A stretch of 64,000 bases of DNA from Octopus sinensis (Eukaryota), in assembly GCF_006345805.1 (NCBI RefSeq), contig NC_043021.1, forward strand, positions 11,346,001 to 11,410,000. The letters are read 5' to 3'. The notes below the pieces were generated by a model, which was not told the origin of the DNA, did no database searches, and saw only the letters and a list, made by a program, of their open reading frames with translations. Below are positions 1 through 13,089 of this stretch, one piece after another (the stretch's first letter is position 1; each line of letters starts with the position of its first letter). Made by a program: the position numbers and the translations under genes.

Positions 1-1202
1 ATATATCCACTCTAACACTTGGAAAGGATGGGAAACTAAAGTCGATTTGGTCGACATTCGAACTCACACTCAGATAGATGCAACGAAACACCAGAAATTT
101 TTCGATTTATAATGATGTGTAATAATAGCTGTTTCGAACTTGGATGCAAAGTCGGCAATTTTCGAGTAGGATTGATGGTGTGTGTGGGGAGGGGCGGGTT
201 AGTCACTATCATCGATCCGTGTGTATTTTGATTGGAGCTTTTGTTTTATCGATACCAGAAGAAAGGCAAGCGCTGTCCTCGGCTAAAGTGCAACTGAGAA
301 CTTTAAAAAAAGTTGGAACAAATAATATTCCAAGGCACTTTGAGGGGGGGGGCGTTTTAACGGTTCTGCCAAATCCACATTCTTTTAATAATAATAATAA
401 CAACAACAAGTTAACTGATTTTGTACCTACACATACATATAGATACATATACGCGAAACACACATACACCAAATATTTATCAGTTTAAGATAAATCTCAT
501 TCCAACATATGACGAATAATACCAAATATTTAAATACTTAATGATAAAATATTTAAGGTAACACTTTTCATAATCGTCAAATTAGACATGTTCTTTCTAC
601 GATAAGCATAAGGTCTGGAAATAGAGGGAGCAAGTCAATTACCTTGACCCCCACCAGTGCTTAAGTAATATGTACTTATTTATCAACATTGATAGGATGA
701 AAGACAAAGTCGACCTCGGTAATAATAATAATAATAATGGTTTCTTTATTCACCACTAAAGATGCACACAGTGTCATCTTTTAGATGTGGGCACATTGGG
801 CAGTTAACTAGGGCCTCACTGATCTAGAGGCCTAATTTTGATTTATATATGATGTAGCTTACTATCTAATGCTATAGGGTCCACTGAACTGATTTGCTCG
901 TGGGTCTGTAATGGTACTAAGACGGCCCTGTGTTCACACAAAGACCAAGGACGGTACAGGACAACACTATACGAAAAACCCTTCCTGCAATAGGCATAAT
1001 GCCGGAAATATTTTGGGGGAAGGAACTAATTGGTTATATTACCCCTCAGTGCTCAACTGGTACTTATTTTATGGACCCCGAAAGGATAAAAAGCAAAGCA
1101 GACCTCAACAGAATTTGAACTTAGAACGTGCTATAAAAAAAATATATATATATATACATATAATAATATGGTAGCAATAACAAATAATAGCCGGAGTTTT
1201 AC

Positions 1203-1368
1203 CATCAGAATCTCGTACGACTTCCGTTTTTCCAGAAAACATGGACTGCAATCTGTTATTGTGTTTGGTTAAAGTTCCTATAGTGGTGTAATGTAATGTA
1301 CCACCGATGTTGAGTTTAACATAGTTAGACGGTTCTCCGGTAATCTTGGTCAGTTGTTCACCAGACAT
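1203..1368 (-). CDS. KCTD10-like: First coding exon of a BTB/POZ-domain CUL3 adaptor (KCTD10/KCTD13/TNFAIP1, BACURD family); downstream exons lie outside the window
   Basis: MSGEQLTKITGEPSNYVKLNIGGTLHYTTIGTLTKHNNRLQSMFSGKTEVVRDSDG matches the family pattern YVKLNVGGxLYYTTxxTLTKxDxMLxAMFSGRMEVLTDSEG. Donor G|GTAAAA at 1202 (phase 1). Acceptor ttccag| at 1374, 5 nt before the ATG, with branch point TAACTAAC at 1382-1389. Confidence 0.85.
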
Positions 1369-2847
1369 TGTCTCTGGAACCGTTAGTTACGAAAGGAATC
1401 AAAGAAACCAGGGTCATTCAATCCAAACAAAACAGCTACGTGCGTGCTCGCGCGCACGTATATATATATATATTATATATATATTATATATATTATATAT
1501 ATATGATATATATATATATAACAGTAGGTTTCTTGTATATGCGTGTGTTTGTGTCCGTGCGAAGAGGAAGAATCGGTTTGTCTTTTGTTTTTGTTATTTT
1601 CTCTTGAGGTAAACGTACGTGGTTAGTTTTGATATGAATTCTTCCTGCTATTTCTCTATCATGACTATTCTTCCAAAGCTAAAGACAACATTCCTGGGTA
1701 AGAAGAATCCAAGACACACGCATTTCATCCCAAATATATGTAGACACGCACTTATATATACATATATATATATACGTATATATATATATATGTATATAAC
1801 CTATGAAGTGCGTGTGTCTGATAAAACACTTAAACACGGCTCTAGATGTGAAGAACACACAGAAGCTGTCGACAGTTGTCTGCCCCTGATGTCTGTTGTG
1901 ATGCCAATTAGCAGGGGTGAGATAACTGCGTAAGGTTTCCTTTCCTTCTCGCCAATCCCACCACCCACATCAAGAATGAAACGTCATTCTATTATATTTA
2001 TTTATTTATTTGTACGTTTATTTGCCTGCTTTATTTGTTTATGGTGTTATTTTTAAACCAATCCTTTATGTAATAAGGTTCCGCCCCCCCCCCAAAGAAG
2101 CAACAGAAAAAATATAATAAGGAAAAGGTAGTCGTATGAGCTATACTTCCCTACCCACATATATTTCTCATGATCAGTCATCAATGAAAGGCAATTTTAC
2201 GTCATCACTATACATTTAAATACTTATACATATAAATATTGTGTGTGGTGTGTGTGTGTGTGTGGTGTTACTTGTCTTCTGTTAGTAGGCTGCGGTCATG
2301 CTGGGGCACCGTCCGGGTGAATTGTGGTCGAATGATTCGACCCCAGTACTTATTTACTCTTTTACTCTTTTACTTGATTCAGTCATTTGACTGTGGCCAT
2401 GCTGGAGCACCACCGCCTTTAGTCGAGCAAATCGACCCCAGGACTTATTCTGTGTAAGCCTAGTACTTATTCTATCGGATCTCTTTTGCCGAACCGCTAA
2501 GTTACGGCGACGTAAACACACCAGCATCGGTTGTCAAGCGATGTTGGGGGGACAAACACAGATACTCAAACACATACACACACATACATATACATTTATA
2601 TACATACATATACATATATATATATACATGTATACATATATATATATACATATATACATTATATACATATATATATAACATGTATACATATATATATATA
2701 CCATATACATATATAACATATATACATATATATATACATATATACATATATACATATATATATATATATAATATATATATATCTATATACATATATATAC
2801 ATATTATATATATATACATTATATATATATATACATATATATATATT

Positions 2848-2895
<48 letters not shown>

Positions 2896-3253
2896 TATAT
2901 AATATTATATTATTATATATACACACCACACATATATAGGACGGGCTTCTTTCAGTTTCTGTCAACCAAATCTACTCACAAGGCTTTGGTCGGCCCAAGG
3001 CTATAGCAGAAGACACTTGCCCAAGGTGCCACGCAGTGGGATTGAACCCAGAACCATGTGGTTCATAAGCAAGCTACTTACCACACAGCCACTATTACTT
3101 ATTTATTTATTTTTCAACAAAAACCTAGAACTTATTCTATCGGCCACTTTTGCCGAACCGCTAAGTTACAGGAACGAAAACACACCAAAACCAGACGTCA
3201 AGCGGTAGTAGTGAGGGGGGGGAAGAAACGCAGACACAAAGACACATACACAC

Positions 3254-3294
<41 letters not shown>

Positions 3295-3854
3295 CCTCCC
3301 CCCCTCTCTCTCTCTCTACTGATGGTGCTCCAGCATGGCCACAGCCTTAGGGCTGAAACGCATTAAAGAATATATATATACTAGCTAGCCCCATGTCATC
3401 AAAAATGACAGCTAATTGTAGTATTTTATATCTTTATATATAAAAGAGAGGTTGTGTGCTGTCTGTCTCCTACGATTTAGATTCCTAACTACTCCCACAT
3501 TTTGCGGTGCAGTTTAACCAAAACCGGGTAACTTATAGTCGTGATTCATATCGAGCCCTTCTGGGTAATTAGCGCGCATCTACGATGAGTCTACGATTTA
3601 AAAAAAAATTTACCATCAATTTTTCCCATTTTTAATGCATTTTTGGCATATATAAGGGAAGTAACTCTCTAAAAATTTATTATTAAATCTCAGAACGTAA
3701 AAAGTTACAGTAACACCCACCTCCCTTTGTGGTTAGCCATATTGAGATGGCTATTATACTTTACATCTCTAAAAATGCTTATATGGTTATTTCCCTTACA
3801 AACCCGAGCAACGCCGGGTGATACTGCTAGTATATAAATAAAGTACAAAACCAA

Positions 3855-4240
3855 GTGGAGGCGCAATGGCCCAGTGGTTAGGGCAGCAGACTCGCGGTCG
3901 TAGGATCGCGGTTTCGATTCCCAGACCGGGCGTTGTAAGTGTTTATTGAGCGAAAACACCTAAAGCTCCACGAGGCTCCGGCAGGGGATGGTGGTGATCC
4001 CTGCTGTACTTTTTCACCACAACTTACTCTCACTCTTACTTCCTGTTTCTGTTGTACCTGTATTTCAAGGGGCTGGCCTTGTCACTCTCTGTGTCACGCT
4101 GAATATCCCCGAGAACTACGTTAAGGGTACACGTGTCTGTGGAGTGCTCAGCCACTAACACGTTAATTTCACAAGCAGGCTGTTCCGTTGATTCGGATCA
4201 ACCGGAACCCTCGTCATCGTAACCGACGGAGTGCTTCCCC
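3855..4240 (+). mobile_element. tRNA-derived SINE (family B, head ggaggcgcaatggcccagtgg)
   Basis: Pol III A box tggcccagtgg and B box ggtttcgattcc. The same head occurs inverted at ~25100-25225 and a related one at ~11400-11510. The tail recurs at 7500-7780 and 50746-51940. Confidence 0.8.
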
Positions 4241-4948
4241 CACAAAACCAAGTTTTTAGTTTAATAATTCTTTTATAACCAAATTTATAATAAACCTTTC
4301 AATTGCAGTCGCTTTATATTCTTGATATACTGAGGTAATAATTATTTTCTCTAATGAGTTTATATAAGTAAACGTTTGTGTAGGTGTGTGTGATTGTAAT
4401 GATTATTTTTAGCAAAACAGACACTTGTCAATATTATCTAGCAGTTATCGTTTATTACTGATAAAAAGCTGGTTCGCGCATACAAACATTCACATACTTC
4501 CCTTGTACACGCCCACACACATACACACATATACTCACACAGAGTTGAAATGCTGTTTGATTTTCCTTTTCAGCATTGAATGTTTACCATCCTACTTCTA
4601 TTGCACACACATACACACACACACAGTCACATACCTTCCTTTCACATACACACGCATATACTCACACAGAGTACATTTTCCATCACTGTAGAATTTCCAT
4701 CATCCTACTACCAAGTTTGCCATCACTCCTTCCTTCCTTATTCATCTATCATCCTTCCTTTCTCATTTGTATGCTGTGACAGAGAAAAACACATGAGTAT
4801 TTTTGTAGTAGATATTCTTTTATTCTTGTACTTATTTTATCGGTTTCTTTTGCCAAACCACTAAGTTACAGTGACATAAACACACCAACATCGGTTGTCA
4901 AACAATAGTGAGGGAGACAAACTCAGATATACAAATACATATGTATAA

Positions 4949-4996
<48 letters not shown>

Positions 4997-5009
4997 GACA
5001 GATAGATAG

Positions 5010-5070
<61 letters not shown>

Positions 5071-5342
5071 TAGATAGATATATGATTAGTAATGGTTAGT
5101 AATTTTACGAAACCGGTATGCTTTTGAATCTCCTTAATAATTCATAATAATGACTTTTGTTACTTTTATTCCTACCTCAGTTCATCTAATTGTATATATC
5201 TATTGTTACTTTTCATAAAAAGCCTTTCCTTTTTTTGATTTCCAATGTGCATTTTCATATATTTTTCTTCTTACTTTTCCCTGACATTTCCACATGTAGT
5301 TTCTATTTTCTTTCTGTAACATATTTCTATTATATATATATA

Positions 5343-5912
5343 TATTGGGTTGTCTGGAAAGTTCGTGCCAATTTTTAAAGGAAAGATAAAGGTCAATAAA
5401 TACTTGCCATTACATTTTTAATCAACCAAATATGAACCATTTTGTTGCACAACGCGTCTCCATCTTTCCTTTAACTTGAAAAAACGTTCTTCCCAGAATT
5501 GAGGTAATTTCATGGCAAAGAATACATCAAAGTATCTTTTTACGTCATCCAAGGAATTGAAATTTTTACCTTTAAGACTATTCTGCAGAGACCTGAATAA
5601 GTGGAAATCTGAAGGAGCAATATCTGGTGAGTATGGAGGGTGGGGTAACACATCCCAGCTGAGCTGCAGCAATTTTTGTCTGGTTCCCAAAGCATCAAGA
5701 GCCAAAAATGAACTTTCTTGTTTCCCATTTTAAAGGGTTACAGAATTAACGCAGGTTATAGGAACATAAACCTTCTTCCATGAAAAGATAGCTTAAACTG
5801 TGCTCTAAGTGGAAGTGTAGTCAAATCCTATTTTATGGACTCAACTATGTTCTAAAATAAGTCAAAAGGTAAGCTACTATAAATCGGCACAAACTCTCCA
5901 GACAACCGAATA
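5343..5912 (-). mobile_element. Mariner-family internally deleted element (MITE-like)
   Basis: TIRs tattgggttgtctggaaa / ctccagacaaccgaata in TA context. Transposase C-terminus WDVLPHPPYSPDIAPSDFHLFRSLQNSL. Confidence 0.9.
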
Positions 5913-6072
5913 TATACGATGGGTTTCTGTTTACCAAATCCACTTACAAGGCTTTGGTCAGCCCAAGGCCATATTAGAGAGCACTTGCCCAAGGTGCCAT
6001 CAGGTGGGACTGGACTTCAGACCATGTGGTTGGGAAGGAAGTTCCTTACCACAGCCACTCCTGCTCCTATTA

Positions 6073-6134
<62 letters not shown>

Positions 6135-6260
6135 TTTATTAAAAAGCAGCAAAAATATCACAAAAAGTCTTTTGATATTTTTGCAGCCTTATTAATAAAG
6201 CATATTACTCTGCCTCTAGTATTTTGAGTACTATTTTTCCAACATTGTTTTGCATTTATT

Positions 6261-6324
<64 letters not shown>

Positions 6325-6445
6325 CATACTATATATATATATATATATATAACCATACATATCTACATCTATTTTCTTTCCTCCACCTCACTCTCTATTT
6401 GTATCACATCAAAACTAACTATGACTTAATTTTTCCTCTCACACC

Positions 6446-6501
6446 GTCTCCGATGAAGGGATATTATTAATCAATTAATATTCTAGAAACAGCTGTAAGA
6501 C
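6446..6501 (+). ncRNA. Degenerate type I hammerhead ribozyme motif in a Penelope-type terminal repeat
   Basis: GTCT-CCGATGA-stem II-GAAA-CAGCTG-TA-AGAC. U4 is replaced by C. Confidence 0.55.
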
Positions 6502-6884
6502 CTCCAATCTATGAATGCTCTAATATCTATACAGTCTTGGGTTTTTTTATCTCATTACGCAAAAAATTCACACATATATATATATACACACAAAAATATA
6601 TGTATATATATATATATAATATAAATAATATATAGATATATGCATAACAGGTGCAGGAGTGGCTGTGTGGTAAGTAGTTTGCTTACCAACCACATGGTTC
6701 CGGGTTCAGTCCCACTACATGGCACATTGAGCAAGTATCTTCTACTAAAGCCTTGGGCTGACCAAAACCCTTGTGAGTGGATTTGGTAGACAGAAACTGA
6801 AAGAAGCCTGTTGTATATATGTGTATGTGTCTGTCCCCCCCAACATCGCTTGACAATCGATGTCGGTGTGTTTACTTCCCCGTA

Positions 6885-7975
6885 ACTTATATTTGTGGTT
6901 TGTGTTGGGTTTCATGTAGGGTTCATGAAGTCCTGTGGCTAGGTTGCAGGTTGTGTCTAAGTAGTTAATAGAGGTGTGTTCCTTTTCAATAGAGATAGAT
7001 AGTCCAAATCTTTTGAAGAATTGGTGTAGTTTTTTCTTGATAAGCTCTAGTTTCCCATTTGAGGGTTTCTTAATTATGAAGAGGGCATCGTTCCTGTATA
7101 ATCTGCCTCTGAGTTCCAGAAATTCTTCCTGTATGTATGATAGCAAATAGATGCCTACCAGGTCAGTTACCTGTGCTGAATCTGGGGCTCCCATGGTGAT
7201 ATCAAAAGAGTTAGGGGTATCTTTACATACCCAGAGTTTATTATCAAAGCTAATAAGTGATTTCCTTGCTTCGAATATTACATTTATTTCCTTCATGTTC
7301 AATTGCGTTTGATTTTTAGCATATATTGGGGCACTATTGAGGATCGTAGGGTTAATTGAGGAGTAGTAGTCTACTATGTCTATTTGAATTTGTAGTGGCT
7401 CATGTTCTTTAAGTTGGAGAACCAATTAATGTGTTGGACCATAATTCTAGGGTTATTCTACTTTTTAGCGGGCGTTGTGAGTGTTTATTGAGTGTTTATT
7501 GAGTGCTCAGCCACTTACACGTAAATGTCACGAGCAGGCTGTTCCGTTGATTCGGATCAACCGGAACCCTCGTCGTCGTAACCGACGGAGTGCTTCCATC
7601 CATTTCAAGGGGCCAGCCTTGTCACTCTCTGTGTCACGCTGAATATCCACGAGAACTACGTTAAGGGTGCACGTGTCTGGAGTGCTCAGCCACTTACACG
7701 TAAATGTCACGAGCAGGCTGTTCCGTTGATTCGGATCAACAGGAACCCTCGTCGTCGTAACCAACGGAGTACTTCCATCATTTATTGAATATTAGTTTGC
7801 TTAATTTACATAGATCTGATTTATTTGGACATATTAATCTTACTTTCATGTCAGTTAAGAAGTTAGGTTTATGGTCTTTTATAGTGATGCGAGGTCTAGA
7901 TAGCATGAAGGGTTCAGTTTTGTTCTCTAAGTTGTAGACATTCATAATTTCCTTGGCTACTCTTTGTTATCTAAT
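6885..7975 (-). mobile_element. Degenerate Penelope-like element reverse transcriptase fragment, interrupted by a SINE at ~7450-7780
   Basis: ITIKDHKPNF..RLICPNKSDL (7780-7960), INWFSNL, DIVDYYSSI, ARKSLISF, FDITMGAPDSAQVTDLVG, LYRND (canonical YRDD), INYLD. Contains frameshifts. Confidence 0.85.
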
Positions 7976-8052
7976 TAAATTAAAGGTATACCAGTGAAAA
8001 CCACAAGTTTCCCCTTGTTATTACAATCCATTTCTTCTGATATATAAATATC

Positions 8053-8098
<46 letters not shown>

Positions 8099-8191
8099 AT
8101 CCAAACATGAAAACACAAAGAGAAAGCACAACAATGCGAGGACGTGGAACATATATAGTATTATTGGACGCTTGGGAAGGAAGGGAAGAAG

Positions 8192-8226
8192 GTTTAACGT
8201 TTCGAGCAGGGCTCTTCGTCAGAAAC
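8192..8226 (-). ncRNA. Minimal type I hammerhead ribozyme motif
   Basis: GTTT-CTGACGA-A-GAGC(CCT)GCTC-GAAA-C-GTT-AAAC, with palindromic stem III ACGT. Confidence 0.65.
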
Positions 8227-8294
8227 ATAGGAAAAGGAAAGATCCAGAGAAGAGAAGACGGAGGAAAAAAAATCGTCAACGGTATACACGCGAT

Positions 8295-8326
<32 letters not shown>

Positions 8327-11159
8327 CATGTAGACACACACACACAGACATATACACATAAATATCACACAAACATCAGAAGTGTTTTTTTTTATAATTT
8401 TATTTTTTTAACAAAATGTATAATTTTTTTATAAATTTCCATCCACAGGTAAGGAAAACAATAACACAAACAACAACAAAAAAAAAATAGAAGCAGCTTA
8501 ATTTATTAATGCACCAACCCTTACTTCCCTACCCTTACCCCATATGTACATAGGTGGATTAGATGAAAAGACAAAAACAAAACATTAATAAAAAAAAAAA
8601 AATCCCGAAAACAGAAGCACCTATTCCTTTCCTGATATATACATATATTCAGACAAACAGACAGACAGACATGTTGTATATGCATACATCTGTATGTTTT
8701 TCACTTTTCAATGTTTTCTTCTCACTCTCCTTGTAAAACAGCTTGTGAACAATCAAAATATATTTTTTTTAAAAACTATCAGAAGAAAAAATATATAACA
8801 CACATTATATATATATATATATATATATTGTTATATTTCGGAATGGTCATATTGCCAGTTTAGCCAATAATATTTAAACGTATATATATATATAACTAAA
8901 TGTTTCAACTACATGTACTTACTGTGCTACTAATAGTTTTCCATACATGCGTATGTTCACCAGTTGCCTGATGAACATTCACATGTATGGGGAAACTATT
9001 AGTAGCGCGATAAATACATAAAGTTGAAATGTTTAGTAATATTGAACTCTCATTGGATGGAGTACTCTTTGTATTAACTTTTACACAGTTTATATATATA
9101 TATATTTATATACAGACACACACATTATATATATGAGGGGTGCTGAAAAGTTCCTAGCTTTGAGTAGAAGAAAATACTGGAGGATCAGTTAATTATGATT
9201 TTATCCGACATATTCCCCTCTCAGAAAAACTGAAGGACCGCTGCAACAAGTGTGCGAATCTAAGCCCCGTAAAAGCACTCGAAAGGTTCGGCCTCTGACC
9301 ATACTTTTTATGATACCCTTAATGCCAAGAACTTTTCTGCCCTCCCTCATATATATATATATATATACTGAACAACAAAAGAAATGCCACACTGTAAAAG
9401 ATTGTTTCACACACGATTTTGAGATTATATGGATTTTATCACATTTCTAGGTAATTTGACATCAGGAAGGTGTCACTGACCCACAACATCACTCTCTTTT
9501 CGAAACACGAGGATTGCATGTAGAGTTTGAACTCACTCGCTATTTGTAAACATGGTGATAATCACGAATGCATCTTTATGAAAAGCATGATGCATATGCA
9601 AAACGTTGACCCATTGGGTATAAAAGGCACCCAGGTTTACCAGTCTGTCATTCGTTTCCTGAATGCAGTAAGCATGCCAAGAGTGATATAAAAACAGAGG
9701 GAGCAAGCTAAATGACATCTGTCCAAGGTTAACAACTGTGGCACAACTCACTGCAAGTTTAAACTGAGCCCCATGGCCTTCGCCAATTATTTGGTGCATT
9801 CAATGTACGGAAGATGCCCGATGGTAATCAACACTAACGAGATATTGAATTAATCTCTTTAGATCCAGGACACTCCGTCACCACGTGACATCAAACATGT
9901 TTCAGGAAATCACATTTTATTAGGGAAGAATGGTTTCTTAATTAGCACTCTTCAATCAATGCTATGTTAGTCCGTTAATAGTTAATTAGTCCAGTTTCTA
10001 TTTAATATGTGCGTGACAGTTCTTTTGTGGTTCAGTTTATATATATATTCACACACACACACACACATATATATACACACATTTTGTGTGCATATATATT
10101 TATATATATATATATAATATATATTACAACAAAATTTTATACAGAGTTACCCAAGGTTTGGCACCCAGAAAGCCGAAGCCTGGTGGTCGGCTCATCAAAC
10201 TCTATATGAATACAAAATTTAAAATATCTACATCGCAGACGTGAGGAAATGCTCAGAACTCAAGGAATACGACAAAACATTAATGAGTACAGGTTATTTC
10301 CTCTTAATCAGAGGGGGTGGGGAAAACCGTTACAGACTCAGAGGGGCCTAAAAATCAAACAGGGAGATCCTTTTTTCTAGTAAGTAACAGTTGAAGTGGA
10401 TACATTTAGAAAACACTTCTTTAAGGCTGTAGAAACTCAGAATCAAAAGAAAAATGCTCTATATAGTTAACCGGCTCAGTTAAGGGTACCTTGGGTTTCT
10501 AAATCCTCTATCTGTAGACAATTATTTAATGCGTATGTTTCCTATAGATCTCTCATCAGCCACTCAAGTTAACACCACAATCTTATATGGGGTTGACGTA
10601 AGTTCAATATAACGTAAGCATTGAATAACTGTCAAAAAATATGGATTTCAAAACCTTAAAGTATCCATACCTGAGCTGGTGGGATATATATCCTTTTCTA
10701 CAAGGCTTGAAATTTTGGGGGAGGGGGCCAGTCAATTAGATCGACCCCTGTACGCAAATGGTACTTAACTTATCGACCCTGAAAAGATGAAAGGCAAAGT
10801 CGACCTCGGTGGAATGTGAACTCAGAATGTAAAAATAGGCGAAATACCGCTAAGCATTTCACCCGGCGTGCTAATGTTTCTGCCAGCTCGCCGCCTCCGG
10901 TGGGATATTTTTCAATATGTGTGTGTGTAACATCCTATGGTTTGACATATATGTATATACATGTATGTGCATGAGTGTGTTGTAATTATTTATATATGTA
11001 CAGATATAGATATGCATATGTGCATATACTAATGTTAATTAATTAAAAAAAATACAGCACCTTTGTGAAATGTAAAATCCAAGTTTGAATTATGTCATCC
11101 AAATACACACACACGTGTGTGTGTGTGTGTGAGTGACTGTGTGCATGCATGTGCATATG

Positions 11160-11201
<42 letters not shown>

Positions 11202-11533
11202 AGTATATATGTTTGTTGTTCCTTCTCGAGCCATCCCTGGCTCATAAGGGCTGTTTTCCTTGGCATATAGGTTCCCCACCTGGACGGGACGCCGGTCCGT
11301 CGCAGGTGAGCTGTAAGATGCAGGAGGAAAGAGTGAGAGAAAGTTGTGGCGAAAGAGTCAGCAGAAGTTCGCCATTACCTTCTACCGGAGCCGCATGGAG
11401 CTTAGGTGTTTCGCTCATAAACACACACATCGCCCGGTCTGAGATTTGAACCTGCAATCCCTCGACCATGAGTCCGCTGTTCTAACCACTAGGCCATGTG
11501 CCTCCACTATATTATATAATTATATATAATATC

Positions 11534-11565
<32 letters not shown>

Positions 11566-11853
11566 TACATACAAAGAAACAGCTGTAAGCTAAATGAGGT
11601 TCATGACATAACCTGTGTTTTTTCCCAAGGAGTCATCTCTTTCTTCCTATTACCACTCTATACTCATCTAACATTATGTTCTCAAACATCCGTATATTGA
11701 GTGCTACACTGGGTTTTTAGTCTAGCTAGGCCTAAGCAAAATGTTAATATATATCATATGGACAAGAAAGTAATATTTTGAACACAGTATGGCTGTGAAA
11801 ATAGCAGAAAGATTGGATATTTTGCCCTTGCATGACAGGGAAAAGTTGTCAGC

Positions 11854-11925
11854 AGACAGCCACAGGATTTGAACCCGTAACTCTCAGATACCTGCTGAGT
11901 ACTCTACCAGCTGAGCTAAACTGCC
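11854..11925 (-). pseudogene. tRNA-like cloverleaf (anticodon position GGT, A at position 33): tRNA pseudogene or SINE head
   Basis: 72 nt. D stem GCTC/GAGT, anticodon stem CTCAG/CTGAG, T arm ACGGG-TTCAAAT-CCTGT, acceptor stem with G-U pairs. Confidence 0.6.
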
Positions 11926-13050
11926 CGCAGGCAACAATTTCCGGTAAATTAAACACTAAATAGATTCTTTTACACTACACATTCGACGCTTCCAAAAACA
12001 AACAAAAAAAGTCTGTTTATATATTTTGTTTGTACACACACACACACATACACACGCACACATTAATATCAAACAATGAGATTGAGTGCTCAACACTGCA
12101 TTGGTGGATAAGAAAAAAGTTATGGGTTAAGTCTACCATTGGTTTCATGTTAAGTGCCTCAACAATTATGAAGCTTACCAAATGGAACATCGGTGTTCAT
12201 CTCCACTTTGGATTAACCCTTTCATTACCAACCCGGCTGAAACCAGCTCTGGCTCTGTAGTACCAATGTCTTGTTTTCATAAGTTTTCAATTAAAATCTT
12301 CCACCAAACCTTAGTCACAATTTATGTTCCTAACACTAGCTGAATGATAACTAAGTTATTTTACTAAATTCTTTGTTATATTGGAAGTTATTTTACTAAA
12401 TTCTTTGTAATTGGAAGAAATACAGAGCATCTCAAAATAAATACAGTAACGAAAGGGTTAATATACAACTGTATAACACTACGATGCAGCATGGAATGTT
12501 GTCAGTGAACAAGTCACGGTCTGAAAGCGATGAAAATATTTTGACAAATTGAATTTAAATGTTGAAGTGAATCTAACGGTTTTTGTGTGTTTTTAAATGG
12601 CTTATAAACACCTTCCACACTGCAACTGTTTTTGTTTCAACACACGATCTCAGATCAGGTCACTTACTATGCAAGTACATCTCTGTAATGCATAATAACT
12701 GTATATAATATATATCATAATGATATTTATTCTCCAATTACGAAGCGACAATTTTTAAATATAAACAAATGACTGAAAAATGATGAGCTAACCTCAGGCT
12801 AAATCAAACTCATAAATCGGCGCTTTCATGGCTCCTTGCAAATCTGATTGGCCAAACGGTCACCCATCAATTTCAGTCGAATTTATTAATATATACTTAA
12901 ACTGTCTTAATACTACATAAATAATATTTTTATAAACAAACCTGAAAGGTTTTGCAAGTTATTATATGGTTATTATACTATGAGCCTTCCATAGTAGCTT
13001 TCTCTCTGTAACTCGCAAAGCCTTTCGGGTTTGTTTATGAAGATATTATT

Positions 13051-13089
<39 letters not shown>

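Noticed and set aside
144-488. ORFs at 144-488 and 209-472 as the next KCTD exon
   Set aside because: The expected WILIDR..HF motif is absent in all frames examined.
9450-9900. Coding-like stretch next to a mariner-like end at ~9130
   Set aside because: Multiple stops and no recognisable motif.
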